A model generated the notes under the pieces. It had not been told where the DNA came from. It searched no databases and saw nothing but the letters and a program-made list of their open reading frames with translations. DNA of 64,000 bases from a virus: positions 1-64,000 of IMG/VR virus record IMGVR_UViG_3300041583_000385; one strand, given 5' to 3'. Below are positions 10,417 to 20,788 of this stretch, piece after piece; position 1 is the first letter of the stretch; each line of letters starts with the position of its first letter. The translations under genes were made by a program, and so were the position numbers.

Positions 10417-11328
10417 ATGATAATATCCGAATATGTCGAAATGGAATTAACAAATAGAACTCACAATAAATTAATCAAGAAATACAATTTAAACAAAAAA
10501 TTGAAAATAGGAGATATAGCTAAAATATCAATATCAATATTATCAAAATCATCACATTATGAAATACAAATTACATGTGACTACTGTAATAAATTGCTAA
10601 CTGTGCCTTATAAGAGATATAATTTAAATACTAAAGTTGTTAATAAATATGCTTGTTCATCTAAAGACTGTTCTAATCAAAAAATTAAAGATGTTTGTCA
10701 AGTAAAATATGGTGTTGATAATCCATTTCAATCAGAAGAAGTAAAGAATAAGATTAAAGAGACTTTAGTTGAGAAATATGGAGTTGAACATCCTATGTTT
10801 ATGGAGGAGACAAAAGATAAAATTAAAAAAACTTGTTTTGAAAAATATGGGGTAACAAGTTATACCAAAACAGATGAATTTAAAGAAAAAACAATAAAAA
10901 CTAATCTAGATAAGTATGGGGTTGAATATGAGTGTAAAACAAAAAATGGTCAATTAAAGAGAAAATTAACTAGAATAGCAAGGGTATTACAAATACCTGA
11001 TGATAAAGTAAATGAGTATAGAAAATATAGATTAAAAGTAAATAGAATGTTACAAAGGAATAAAAAAATAATATTAGAAAACTGGGATGGTAATGATTAT
11101 TATGATGGTGAGTATATCAGATATAACTTCAATTTACCAACATATGATAGGTGTTATCCACATTTTGATCATAGAATATCAGTTGCATATGGGTTTAAAA
11201 ATGAAATAGATTATAAAATAATAGGATCTGTTGATAATATCTGCTTAACTAAACAACATTTAAATGGATTGAAAAAGGAAATGAATGATAAAGAATTTAA
11301 AGAATTTATCAATAAAAAAAGAGGATGA
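10417..11328 (+). CDS. Putative homing endonuclease (HNH-like, KYGV repeats)
   Basis: CDYC, repeated KYGVxNP/HP units, C-terminal DHRIS...N...N. Confidence 0.65.
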   Translation: MIISEYVEMELTNRTHNKLIKKYNLNKKLKIGDIAKISISILSKSSHYEIQITCDYCNKLLTVPYKRYNLNTKVVNKYACSSKDCSNQKIKDVCQVKYGVDNPFQSEEVKNKIKETLVEKYGVEHPMFMEETKDKIKKTCFEKYGVTSYTKTDEFKEKTIKTNLDKYGVEYECKTKNGQLKRKLTRIARVLQIPDDKVNEYRKYRLKVNRMLQRNKKIILENWDGNDYYDGEYIRYNFNLPTYDRCYPHFDHRISVAYGFKNEIDYKIIGSVDNICLTKQHLNGLKKEMNDKEFKEFINKKRG

Positions 11329-11376
11329 AAATCCTCTTTAATCGTTTATTTACATAAAATTTGATTTACCTTACTA

Positions 11377-12906
11377 TTAATCGTTTCTTTCTACTAAAAT
11401 TTGCTTTACCTTACCATTAGATCTTGAGATAGGAACTAAAACTCCAATTGATATAATCAAAACTTTACCTCTTATTTTAGATAAGTCTAAACTATCACAG
11501 TAACCATCGGTTAATATAACCGTATTGAACTCGTTAAATTGATCTGCAACCAACTCAACTGCTGGGGTTAGAATTGTTCCACCAAGTCCTTTTATTTTAA
11601 GTGTTTCAAGTCCTCTTTTCTTCTTGATAGTCTCAACCCACTTAACTTCGGTATCAGCCTCAATTAAGTTAATCTCAATATCATTTCTATAAACATAAGA
11701 AAGTACTTTCTCAAATGTACCACCCATTGAACCAGAGGTATCAAGGATACAATTAATCTTAGTCTTTACTTTACGATTACCTTTAAGACCCTTAATTTGT
11801 CGTCTGTTTGGTTTAACAATCGTTTTTTGTTTCTTAGTACCGAAAATCATATTAGAGACTGCTCTCTTAATATCTTTTAAGTAATCTTTTCTCTTCTTAC
11901 GGAGTTTGTTAAGTGTTTGCTCAACGCTACCCGCAGATAAACCACGTGACGATAATCTCTCCATAACGTCCTTAACCATACCCTCTCTCATTTCCTCTGG
12001 AACATCATCAGCGATATGTTTATCCATATACTCACCATTTCCATTTTCCATATCTTGGAAGATTTGTTCTTTAGACCAAGTATCTAAAGATTCTCCATCC
12101 TTAGATGGGTTTTGTCCATAAGGTCCATATGATGGTTTACCACTTGAGTCTTTACCACCTTGGTTACCAGTTCCCTGACAATCAGGACATCCTTCACCTT
12201 CTCCTTGACCTTCTCCAGATCCACATCCTTCTCCTTGACCTTCACCTTCTCCTTGACCTTCTCCTTGACCTTCACCTTCTCCTTGACCTTCTCCTTGACC
12301 TTCGCCTTTTTCTTTACCTTCTCCCTTACCTTCGCCTTTTTCAGACTTTCCTTTTCCTTCACCGTCTTTTTTACCAGTTCCGTCACAAGATTTACATTTA
12401 TCCTGTTCTTTCTTTTCTTTATCCCATTTATCTTTTTCGTTCTTGAACCACTCATATAATTCTTCAAAGATAAGTTTTCCAGGATAGTCTTTAGGAACAA
12501 AAAGTGCCATATTCTTTCCATCTTTCGATTTAGGAATTTCAACAAAACTATGAGGAATATCTTCCCAAATAACATGATTGATAATCATATCTTGTACAAT
12601 GTTAGATGTTTTATGGTCGTATTGACCACTAACAGTACGTTGTGGGTGATTAAATAATAAGTGGAAATCCTCATGTAAGGTAATGAAATTCACTTCCTTT
12701 TGAGACATATCCTCAAGAAATTTAGGAGAGTAAAAGAAGTTCATACCTTTTGAGGTAACATTAACAGCACAAGTACCAATGGAATCTTGCTCAACAAAGT
12801 TAATGTGTAGGTTAAACTCACCGTAATAAGGTAAATTGACTTTCGTATCAATTAACATTGTCTGAATACCATTCAATAACTTCTCATGTATGTTTTTTAT
12901 AATCAT
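11377..12906 (-). CDS. DUF2201-like metallopeptidase + vWA domain protein
   Basis: HEDFH (HExxH), QDMIIN, MIDAS DTSGSM, GGT, ILTDG. Confidence 0.85.
   Translation of the reverse strand: MIIKNIHEKLLNGIQTMLIDTKVNLPYYGEFNLHINFVEQDSIGTCAVNVTSKGMNFFYSPKFLEDMSQKEVNFITLHEDFHLLFNHPQRTVSGQYDHKTSNIVQDMIINHVIWEDIPHSFVEIPKSKDGKNMALFVPKDYPGKLIFEELYEWFKNEKDKWDKEKKEQDKCKSCDGTGKKDGEGKGKSEKGEGKGEGKEKGEGQGEGQGEGEGQGEGQGEGEGQGEGCGSGEGQGEGEGCPDCQGTGNQGGKDSSGKPSYGPYGQNPSKDGESLDTWSKEQIFQDMENGNGEYMDKHIADDVPEEMREGMVKDVMERLSSRGLSAGSVEQTLNKLRKKRKDYLKDIKRAVSNMIFGTKKQKTIVKPNRRQIKGLKGNRKVKTKINCILDTSGSMGGTFEKVLSYVYRNDIEINLIEADTEVKWVETIKKKRGLETLKIKGLGGTILTPAVELVADQFNEFNTVILTDGYCDSLDLSKIRGKVLIISIGVLVPISRSNGKVKQILVERND
12190..12365. 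repeat. Coding tandem repeat (GEGQ/GEGK)
   Basis: Repeated ccttctccttga/ccttca units within the vWA gene. Confidence 0.85.
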
Positions 12907-12993
12907 ATTTTGTTTTTTAATATTTTGTTTTTACAAATATAATATTTATTTATAATACCACCTAACTAAGGTGTGTTTTTTAATATATATTAT

Positions 12994-14661
12994 ATGATAG
13001 TTACTAAATTAGTTTATATAAAGATATCTAGAGGTAATATAACTCACTTCTTAGATTATTACAAAGATATAAAATTAAAAGATATTATACAAGTAGATAT
13101 TGAATTTTTACAAAAAAATTCTAATAAAAAAATCGATGTCTCTTGTGATATATGTGGAATAGAAAGAAATATAAAATATCAATCATATATAAAGAATATC
13201 AATTCTTGTGAAAGTTACAAGATATACACTTGTGATAAGTGCTCACATATTAAAATTAAGAAAAGAAACCAAGAAAGATATGGTGTTGATTATTACTCAC
13301 AAACTGATGAATATAATACTAAATTCAAAAAAACAATGATTAATAGATATGGCGTTGAATACTCAACACAATCACCAGAGATTTTAGAAAAAATAAAGGA
13401 AACAAATTTAGAGAGGTATGGTGTTGATAACATATTTAAAGATAATAATTATATAAGAAGTAAATTTAAAGAGAAATATGGTGTTGATCACCCATCAAAA
13501 GTCACATCAATATATAAAAGGATAGAGAATACTAATTTAGAAAAAACTGGGTATAAATCACCACTATCATCACCTGATATTAGAAACAAAATAATAGAAA
13601 CAAATAATATTCGTTATGGATCAAATACACCATCTCAATCTGACACATTAAGAGATAATTTAATTACATCTGCTGATGGATATTTAAAGTATATTGGTGA
13701 TAATGTATCTATGTTTAATTGTGAATCTGAACACATATTTTATATAGATTCTTCTAACTTCCATAATAGAAATAGATCTAAAATACCTTTATGTACTGTT
13801 TGTAATCCAATTGGTGATTCACAGTCTATTAAGGAGAAATTATTATTTGAGTTTATAAAGTCGATCTATGATGGTGAAATCATACAATCATATAGAGATG
13901 GTTTGGAAATTGATATCTATCTACCCGAATTGAAAATTGGATTTGAGTTTAATGGTTTGTACTGGCATTCAGATAAATATAAAGATAGAAATTACCACTT
14001 AAATAAAACTAAGTACTTCAATGAAAGGGATATTAGAATTATACACATTTGGGAGGATGAGTGGGATTTAAAAAGAGATATTATAGAGAGTCAGATTAAA
14101 AATTGGATTGGATTAACAGAGAATAAAATATTTGCAAGAAAATGCGAAGTTAGTTTTATCAATGATAAAAAAATATCAACCAAGTTTCTAAATGATAATC
14201 ATGTACAAGGAGTTGATAGATCAATAATAAAAATAGGATTATACCATAAAGGTGAATTGGTTAGTTTAATGACATTTAATAAGAAAGAGGGTAGAGATAA
14301 CATGATGATTGATGAGTGGAATTTATCAAGGTTTTGTAACATATTAAATACTAATATTATAGGAGGTTCGTCAAAATTATTAAAATTCTTCATTAATAAT
14401 AAAGAACCTAAGAGAATTATAAGTTATGCTAATAAAGATTGGTCAGTTGGTGGGTTGTACTATAAATTAGGATTTAATAATATATCAGAGAGTATTCCAG
14501 ATTATAAATACATAATAGACGGTGTTAGAAAAAACAAACAAAGTTTTAAGAAATCAAATCTTAAAATCACAAATATAACAGAAAGTGAATATATGAAAAA
14601 ATCCCACATTCATAGAATATGGGATTGTGGTAAGATAAAATTTGAAATGAAGAATATTTAG
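12994..14661 (+). CDS. Putative homing endonuclease (YGV repeats, PD-(D/E)xK/Vsr-like and Hef-like C-terminus)
   Basis: CDIC, RYGV repeats, EIDIYLPELKIGFEFNGLYWHS, IHIWEDEW, IFARKC, IWDCG. Confidence 0.75.
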   Translation: MIVTKLVYIKISRGNITHFLDYYKDIKLKDIIQVDIEFLQKNSNKKIDVSCDICGIERNIKYQSYIKNINSCESYKIYTCDKCSHIKIKKRNQERYGVDYYSQTDEYNTKFKKTMINRYGVEYSTQSPEILEKIKETNLERYGVDNIFKDNNYIRSKFKEKYGVDHPSKVTSIYKRIENTNLEKTGYKSPLSSPDIRNKIIETNNIRYGSNTPSQSDTLRDNLITSADGYLKYIGDNVSMFNCESEHIFYIDSSNFHNRNRSKIPLCTVCNPIGDSQSIKEKLLFEFIKSIYDGEIIQSYRDGLEIDIYLPELKIGFEFNGLYWHSDKYKDRNYHLNKTKYFNERDIRIIHIWEDEWDLKRDIIESQIKNWIGLTENKIFARKCEVSFINDKKISTKFLNDNHVQGVDRSIIKIGLYHKGELVSLMTFNKKEGRDNMMIDEWNLSRFCNILNTNIIGGSSKLLKFFINNKEPKRIISYANKDWSVGGLYYKLGFNNISESIPDYKYIIDGVRKNKQSFKKSNLKITNITESEYMKKSHIHRIWDCGKIKFEMKNI

Positions 14662-14724
14662 TTTAATATTTTATCAATATTTAAATCTCTGATAACAGAT
14701 GTTGGGAATTTTAACCCATCCATA

Positions 14725-16158
14725 TCAATAACTATTGTTCACTCTGGAAAGTTCGGTTGGTTCTTTATATGTTCTCAAATTAAGAGCTTTGAACTCTGTA
14801 TTTGTATTTGTTTCTGTATTTGATTCAGTTGAATCAGTATTATCCGTAGATTGTGTACCACCACTTGGTAAAACACCAATCACACCATTACCCATATCAA
14901 CAAACCCTTCATCAGTTTTCAAAACAATACCATTACCAATATTCATTTCAACTTCACTTGGACCATCATTTAATACAGAAGGGTCATATGAATTAGAATT
15001 ACAGAATTTATCAAAGTCTGGTTCTTGTTCAAAACCATTACGTATCATTTTACCAACAAGTTGATGCCAGTTTAATTCACCTCTATATTCAAACTCACCA
15101 TTTCCAATGAGTGTCATTTTAGCAGATGGGTCGATAGAAACAACTTTTGATAAAATATCTCTGTCAAATTTTGTTTCGATATTTTCGAAATCATCTTTAC
15201 TATTAATTCTTATTTTATAAAAAGAACCAGTTAAGTACTTAAACAAAACATCCTTTTTAAGATTCATCAAATCAGCAATCTTATCAGCGATTCCTTTTGT
15301 AGTTTCATCAAGGCCAGTTTCATTCTTTTGCTCTTCTGATACAAAGAATACATATCCATTTGGCTCATCACCATCATACATACTATCTAATCGAGTTTCA
15401 AGTATACCAAGAGCATCTTCTGTTTCTTTTAATTTAGATTCAGCAAATGAAATCTCTTTCTTATATTTTTTAACATCATCTTGTTTATCACCGACTCTCG
15501 TTTTTAACTCAACCACTTTCTCAGCATTCATTCTTTCGAATTGCTCTTCCATATATGATTTAGTAACTGGTTCCTTTTCAACAACCACTTCTACTTCATC
15601 TTCCACTACTTCAATAGTTTCTACTTCATCTTCCACTACTTCATCTTTAGTCATACCAAGTAATGCGTCAAGAGCACTAAGTCCTTTATTGGAAAGTACA
15701 ACTTCCTCTTTTTCTGTTTCTTTATCCATATCGTCAAATAATGATTTTAGTTTATCAAATGGTTTTTGGTGTTCTACTTCTAAGTAGCAACGATTACCGT
15801 CAATATCAGAAAACTCTAATCCACCAATAACGAACTTTTGGGCATAACCCGTAACGTCCATTTCATCAATATCATCAAGTAGTCTTTTACATTGGGCTGG
15901 GTTTGTTTGTGATGTACCTTCCTCTTCTTCAAATTTTATAGTACCTTCATCACAAATTGTTATTTTAAAAATAACACCTTCTAAAACTCCAGAGAGTTTC
16001 TCACCTTTAAGAAAGGCAATATCACGCAATAATCGAACTCTCGACCCATTTACTGCTGATACGAAAGTTAAGAATTTTCTCTTTGGTTTAAAGTCACCAA
16101 TTATAATTGGTGTTTCGTTTTCCTCTGAGTTTTGTTTATTATCGAATGTTTCTTCCAT
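14725..16158 (-). CDS. Acidic coiled-coil hypothetical protein, 3' end probably scarred
   Basis: 477 aa; an out-of-frame tail ...SVIRDLNIDKILN* follows at 14658-14735. Confidence 0.65.
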   Translation of the reverse strand: MEETFDNKQNSEENETPIIIGDFKPKRKFLTFVSAVNGSRVRLLRDIAFLKGEKLSGVLEGVIFKITICDEGTIKFEEEEGTSQTNPAQCKRLLDDIDEMDVTGYAQKFVIGGLEFSDIDGNRCYLEVEHQKPFDKLKSLFDDMDKETEKEEVVLSNKGLSALDALLGMTKDEVVEDEVETIEVVEDEVEVVVEKEPVTKSYMEEQFERMNAEKVVELKTRVGDKQDDVKKYKKEISFAESKLKETEDALGILETRLDSMYDGDEPNGYVFFVSEEQKNETGLDETTKGIADKIADLMNLKKDVLFKYLTGSFYKIRINSKDDFENIETKFDRDILSKVVSIDPSAKMTLIGNGEFEYRGELNWHQLVGKMIRNGFEQEPDFDKFCNSNSYDPSVLNDGPSEVEMNIGNGIVLKTDEGFVDMGNGVIGVLPSGGTQSTDNTDSTESNTETNTNTEFKALNLRTYKEPTELSRVNNSY

Positions 16159-16210
16159 GTTTTTATTTAGTTATTCTACAAATATAGTTAATTTATATCA
16201 AAATACCAAA

Positions 16211-16609
16211 TTATACACCATCATTAATGATATCAATTTTAGCATCTCTCACCTCTTCCTTAGTAAATGGTGTTGGTAATTTATCACCATTTTGACAGAT
16301 TAAGTTATCAGTTTCGATATACTTATCACCTGTTTCTTTAATAAGTTCTTTCAGAACCTCATCTTCTGTTTCTTTATCATCTTGTATGTCAAATATCTGC
16401 ATACACTCATCTTTAAAGTCAGTAAAGTTGTGTACAACAACAGGATCTTCATCCGAATGTTTATCCAAACAAACCAATAGTAAAAGAAATTGCTCTCTCT
16501 TTGATAATTGTTTCATCTTTTCTACTTGTGTTACAACATTAAAATTTGTATAAATATCGACAAATTCATTCGATACTTTTATTTTTGTAACTTCTTTATT
16601 ACTATCCAT
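16211..16609 (-). CDS. Hypothetical protein, C-terminal tag
   Basis: Ends VRDAKIDIINDGV. Confidence 0.65.
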   Translation of the reverse strand: MDSNKEVTKIKVSNEFVDIYTNFNVVTQVEKMKQLSKREQFLLLLVCLDKHSDEDPVVVHNFTDFKDECMQIFDIQDDKETEDEVLKELIKETGDKYIETDNLICQNGDKLPTPFTKEEVRDAKIDIINDGV

Positions 16610-16613
16610 AATT

Positions 16614-16892
16614 TTACTTTTTTAGTATTTGTTTTATTTTTTGTTCTCTTATTTTTTCTATATCCATTTCGAAAATGGCTTGCATCATTGGTTTTGTTAT
16701 TTCTTCTTCTACACCACTTTCATTAAAAACTTTATATCTTCTCCAACGACCATTCAATCGATACATATTATTGTTTCTATCTTCATCATCATACCAAAGT
16801 TCATAACTACCATCATACCACTCACCTTCAATAAATCTATCAGTACACTCTATATGATTTAAAAGTGTGATTATAACTGAAAGAGTATTCAT
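16614..16892 (-). CDS. Hypothetical protein, C-terminal tag
   Basis: Ends IREQKIKQILKK. Confidence 0.55.
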   Translation of the reverse strand: MNTLSVIITLLNHIECTDRFIEGEWYDGSYELWYDDEDRNNNMYRLNGRWRRYKVFNESGVEEEITKPMMQAIFEMDIEKIREQKIKQILKK

Positions 16893-16960
16893 AAACAGTT
16901 TTATCTTCTACATAATAAACCTTTTTATAATTTCCAACAACACGTTATAATCAATAAAAA

Positions 16961-17230
16961 TTATTTACACCACTCTATAAAGTTTACGTCTTTTTCGATT
17001 TCAGATGGGTTATTACCATCCAAATATTTTAGTTGTTTTATTCTACCATTATTTTTTAATTCAAGATTCAATTTTTCAAACGTATCTACTTTCTCTTTTT
17101 TCCACTCATCGAACGAAATGTTATTTGGGAAAATCATAGAACCACAATTCCATCCCGTTTCCCACGAAATATCATAAACTTCACTCGGATGTTTGGGCTC
17201 TTCTCTTGACCATTGTAGGTAATAATTCAT
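16961..17230 (-). CDS. Hypothetical protein
   Basis: 89 aa ORF. Confidence 0.5.
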   Translation of the reverse strand: MNYYLQWSREEPKHPSEVYDISWETGWNCGSMIFPNNISFDEWKKEKVDTFEKLNLELKNNGRIKQLKYLDGNNPSEIEKDVNFIEWCK

Positions 17231-17299
17231 AATTTTAAAAGTTTATAACAAAGTGTAAAAACCATTTTATTTGTGGCTCTAATCAACTTTATTAGGTTA

Positions 17300-17533
17300 T
17301 TATTTAATTTTATTTTCAATCAATATTAGTTTTAAAACGGTTCTTACACAAACCGTTATGTGTAAGTTATTTTTCTTCATATCATCTTTTGATTGGTAAT
17401 AAAGATACCATTTTTTATTCAAATACTCAAATTCATCTTCTAATTTTAAATCAGTAACATCAATCTTTAATACAACACATGATTTACAAAATTTATCAGT
17501 TAGTTGTGATTTAATAATGTAATCATAAATCAT
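17300..17533 (-). CDS. Hypothetical protein
   Basis: 77 aa ORF. Confidence 0.35.
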   Translation of the reverse strand: MIYDYIIKSQLTDKFCKSCVVLKIDVTDLKLEDEFEYLNKKWYLYYQSKDDMKKNNLHITVCVRTVLKLILIENKIK

Positions 17534-17646
17534 GAACTTGTTCGATCGTCCAAATTTTAGGTTCTCTTTTGAACCTAAAATTAAACATCATCGAATACTC
17601 TTCGTTTCTATTAAACTTTACACTATTATACATTGAATCTTTTTTG

Positions 17647-17717
17647 TGACTGAAATGGGGATCGAACCCATACCAAGGAGTTTAGAATTCCCTATTCTAA
17701 CATTAAACTATTCAATC
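17647..17717 (-). tRNA. tRNA with CUA anticodon (amber suppressor type), no encoded CCA
   Basis: Acceptor GATTGAA/TTCAGTC, D arm GTTT-AATGTTA-GAAT, anticodon arm GGGAA-TTCTAAA-CTCCT, T arm ATGGG-TTCGATC-CCCAT, discriminator A; 71 nt. Confidence 0.8.
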
Positions 17718-17804
17718 GTTATATAACAAATGTATTGATTATTTTTCAAAATATCAAATTTATATATAAAATATTTTTATATATAAAAATAAAAAAGGAG
17801 TTCG

Positions 17805-18512
17805 ATGATTTCAAAAATTAATAAACTATCTAAATCTGATATATTGGATTTAATAGAAAGTTGTGATAGTATAAGAGAAATACTTATAAAAATTGGATAT
17901 AAAAGTACCGGCACACATCTCTATGATAGATTCAATGATAGATTGAGATTATTTAATATAGATAAGCCAAAATATAACAATTTAAATAGAAAAACAAATT
18001 TCCAAAAATATACAATTGATGAAATTTTAGTTGAAAATTCACAATATAAATCAAACCGAAGTTTAAAATATAAATTGGTTAATTTGAAATTAAAAGAATA
18101 TAAATGTGTGAAGTGTGGTAATGTTGGTGATTGGATGGGTAGTGGATTAACATTACAACTGGAACATATAAATGGTAAAAATAATGATAATAGATTAGAA
18201 AATCTTTGTTTTTTGTGCCCTAACTGTCATAGTCAAACAAAAACCTACTGTGGTAGAAATATGAAAAATGAAAAGGTTGAAGTTTTCATAGAATGTTTTT
18301 GTGGACAATTAATAGATAAAGGTAAAAATAAATGCAGGGTTTGTATAAATAAGGAAAGAGTTGAATTAAATATGATAAATCGTAAAGTTATCAATAGGCC
18401 GGATTTAAATAAAATTTTAGAAAGTGTTGATAAAATAGGATTCCGAGCGACTGGTAGAAAATACGGAGTTTCTGATAATTCCATTAGAAAATGGATAAAG
18501 TGGGGTTCTTAA
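17805..18512 (+). CDS. HNH endonuclease (tRNA-adjacent)
   Basis: CVKC, LQLEHINGKNNDNRLENLCFLCPNCHSQT, C-terminal HTH. Confidence 0.85.
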   Translation: MISKINKLSKSDILDLIESCDSIREILIKIGYKSTGTHLYDRFNDRLRLFNIDKPKYNNLNRKTNFQKYTIDEILVENSQYKSNRSLKYKLVNLKLKEYKCVKCGNVGDWMGSGLTLQLEHINGKNNDNRLENLCFLCPNCHSQTKTYCGRNMKNEKVEVFIECFCGQLIDKGKNKCRVCINKERVELNMINRKVINRPDLNKILESVDKIGFRATGRKYGVSDNSIRKWIKWGS

Positions 18513-19249
18513 TTTAAAATATCATCAATTCTATTATTCCTACTGTAACATAATTCATCTTCTTCACATATCATAGAATCACCATACTGTATAACACTTG
18601 AATCACTATTTAACATCTCACAAGCATAATATTTTATCTTAAACTCATCATTTGTATTTTTAGTATAATTATATTCTAGTATTAAATAATCTTTTGATTT
18701 ATCACTTGGTTTAGAAACAATTGTACCAATTGGATATTCTAATAAACAATGTTCGTTACCATCCTCATCATATCCCCATATTAATTGAAAGTAGTTTATA
18801 GTATCTGTTATACATGATACATAAGCCATTATACTAGTTAACGATCCCTCAAATTTATATGTATACCTTGTAAAATCTCTTTTTAAAACACAATGTTCTT
18901 CTGATTTTTTTGATTTCAAAACTTTATCATCAATTAATATCGATCTGCGTTTTTCATTATTATTACTATCTCTAACTGACAAAACAGTTAAAAATTCAGC
19001 ACCTAATATATTTTCAAGTATATCGAAGAAATAATAACTTCTATTAGAACTCACTGAGAATGTTAAATTATACTTAATGTTTGGTTCTGGTACTTCTACC
19101 ATCCTAGAACCAGTGAAATGGTTATCTTCATTTTTAAATATTAGAATATCCGGATAAGATGAGTAATTACCACTATATGGTTTTATAATATAGTCTTTTA
19201 CTACATCATTCCATTTCATTATCTCTTTATCAGTTAAAAACTTTATCAT
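18509..19249 (-). CDS. Hypothetical protein, C-terminal tag
   Basis: Ends SRNNRIDDILN. Confidence 0.7.
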   Translation of the reverse strand: MIKFLTDKEIMKWNDVVKDYIIKPYSGNYSSYPDILIFKNEDNHFTGSRMVEVPEPNIKYNLTFSVSSNRSYYFFDILENILGAEFLTVLSVRDSNNNEKRRSILIDDKVLKSKKSEEHCVLKRDFTRYTYKFEGSLTSIMAYVSCITDTINYFQLIWGYDEDGNEHCLLEYPIGTIVSKPSDKSKDYLILEYNYTKNTNDEFKIKYYACEMLNSDSSVIQYGDSMICEEDELCYSRNNRIDDILN

Positions 19250-19485
19250 CCTAATATCTTATCAATTTTATCACTTCTAATTTCATCTATTCCTATGAAG
19301 TACTTATCAAAATCCCTTCTTGATAAAGGACTAAACATCTGATGTCTGTTCTCCATTAGAACATAAATATAAACTCCATTTTCTATCTCATAATCATCCG
19401 GAGTCATTGTTAAATAATATTTATCTCGACTCCATTTAATTTTATTATCCTCATTTATAACTGTCCTTTTACAATAAGCTTTCAA
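19246..19485 (-). CDS. Small protein, C-terminal tag
   Basis: Ends IRSDKIDKILG. Confidence 0.65.
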   Translation of the reverse strand: MKAYCKRTVINEDNKIKWSRDKYYLTMTPDDYEIENGVYIYVLMENRHQMFSPLSRRDFDKYFIGIDEIRSDKIDKILG

Positions 19486-19748
19486 TTTACAATTTGGTCA
19501 ATTTTTTGGTCCCGACTAATCTGGATAAAAAATCTATCAACATCACCTTCTGTTAGGAAATCAACAATCAATTGTGCTCCTGTTTGTTCCTCAAAAATAA
19601 GTTTATTACCTCTTTGGTAAATAGAATTATAAATAGTTACTCCTGGTATAATAATAAAACTATCGATATCTATATTCATATCTCCCTTACCAACAATATA
19701 TTTCTTTATTGATATTATCTTATTGATATTATTTGATATCCTTATCAC
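19482..19748 (-). CDS. Small protein, C-terminal tag
   Basis: Ends SRDQKIDQIVN. Confidence 0.6.
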   Translation of the reverse strand: MIRISNNINKIISIKKYIVGKGDMNIDIDSFIIIPGVTIYNSIYQRGNKLIFEEQTGAQLIVDFLTEGDVDRFFIQISRDQKIDQIVN

Positions 19749-20541
19749 TATCAGTTATTCTTTTTTCAGCAATAGTTATATAATCAGATTGTAATTCGAA
19801 TCCAATATAATTTCTATTCAATTCTTTTGCGGCAATAGCGGTTGTACCAGTACCCATAAATGGATCTAAAACAACATCACCTTCTTTAGTAGAACCGTTT
19901 ATAAAATATTTTACTAACTCTACTGGGTAAACATCAACATGATTATCAGCAATCTTTTTAGATTCCGAGGAAATGTTTATTAATGTAGTTGGTAATGCAC
20001 CCTTTGGGTTTGGTGCCCAAGATTTATATTCATCACATTTACCGTCTCTAGCATACCTTTTTTTCAAAGGTTTCTTCATTCTAGCAACAGATGTCGCGGC
20101 ATATTCAGTTCTCATTTCATCTATATTAAAATAGAAACTCTTATCTTTAGCAAACCAAAATAAATATTCTACTCTGTCTCCAAATCTATATCTATTCGGA
20201 AGTCCTTTCATTTTATTCCAAAATAATCTCTCAAATAATTTAAGATCTGTTCTCTTATGTAATTCTGATATTAAATCAAAAACATATGGGTGTCTAAATC
20301 TCTTCTCTACCTTATCGTTTATATTTAAAATAAAAGAACCAGTGGGTTTCATGACCCTACATATCTCATTACAGTATGGTAAAAACCATTCAACATAATC
20401 ATCAGCAAGTATTCCTTTGAAATCTATATAGGTTTTTAAATCTGCATAAGGTGGTGAAGTGATAATTAAATCAACTGAGTTATCAGGCATATCTTTCAAT
20501 AATTGAAGAGAATCTCCTTGGTATATTTTATTGTTATCCAT
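19729..20541 (-). CDS. DNA methyltransferase (beta class, N4-cytosine type)
   Basis: DLIITSPPY, VLDPFMGTGTT, YIGFEL. Confidence 0.9.
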   Translation of the reverse strand: MDNNKIYQGDSLQLLKDMPDNSVDLIITSPPYADLKTYIDFKGILADDYVEWFLPYCNEICRVMKPTGSFILNINDKVEKRFRHPYVFDLISELHKRTDLKLFERLFWNKMKGLPNRYRFGDRVEYLFWFAKDKSFYFNIDEMRTEYAATSVARMKKPLKKRYARDGKCDEYKSWAPNPKGALPTTLINISSESKKIADNHVDVYPVELVKYFINGSTKEGDVVLDPFMGTGTTAIAAKELNRNYIGFELQSDYITIAEKRITDSDKDIK

Positions 20542-20788
20542 TTTTTTCTATTTCAAATATTGTTGTTACTTTTGATTTGATAATATTTGATTTTAGTAAT
20601 TCTTCTTTCATTTCAGATGGGCAGTATATCCTATCTAAAGGAATTTCTTTATCACCACACCACAATATCGCATGTTTTATTTCATCATGCCAACATCTAC
20701 TAAATCCATAATTACCATCAATAATGTCATGTCCAAAGAATTTACCTTTATATTTTATAACTTGACCAATTTTTGTATATTCACTCAT
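20534..20788 (-). CDS. Hypothetical protein
   Basis: 84 aa, overlapping operon arrangement. Confidence 0.55.
   Translation of the reverse strand: MSEYTKIGQVIKYKGKFFGHDIIDGNYGFSRCWHDEIKHAILWCGDKEIPLDRIYCPSEMKEELLKSNIIKSKVTTIFEIEKNG

Noticed and set aside
12190-12365. Possible CRISPR array
   Set aside because: Short contiguous coding repeats without unique spacers; no cas genes; no array seen elsewhere
12084-12575. Alternate-frame and antisense ORFs with VKEK, LLLD or FSLT repeats
   Set aside because: By-products of the GEGQ tandem repeat in the vWA gene
17553-17582. 12-bp inverted repeat downstream of the tRNA
   Set aside because: Probably a terminator or rearrangement scar; too little evidence for a separate element
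17647-17717. Reading the tRNA as Arg(UCU)
   Set aside because: Shifting the loop by one base breaks the anticodon and D stems; the CUA register pairs better
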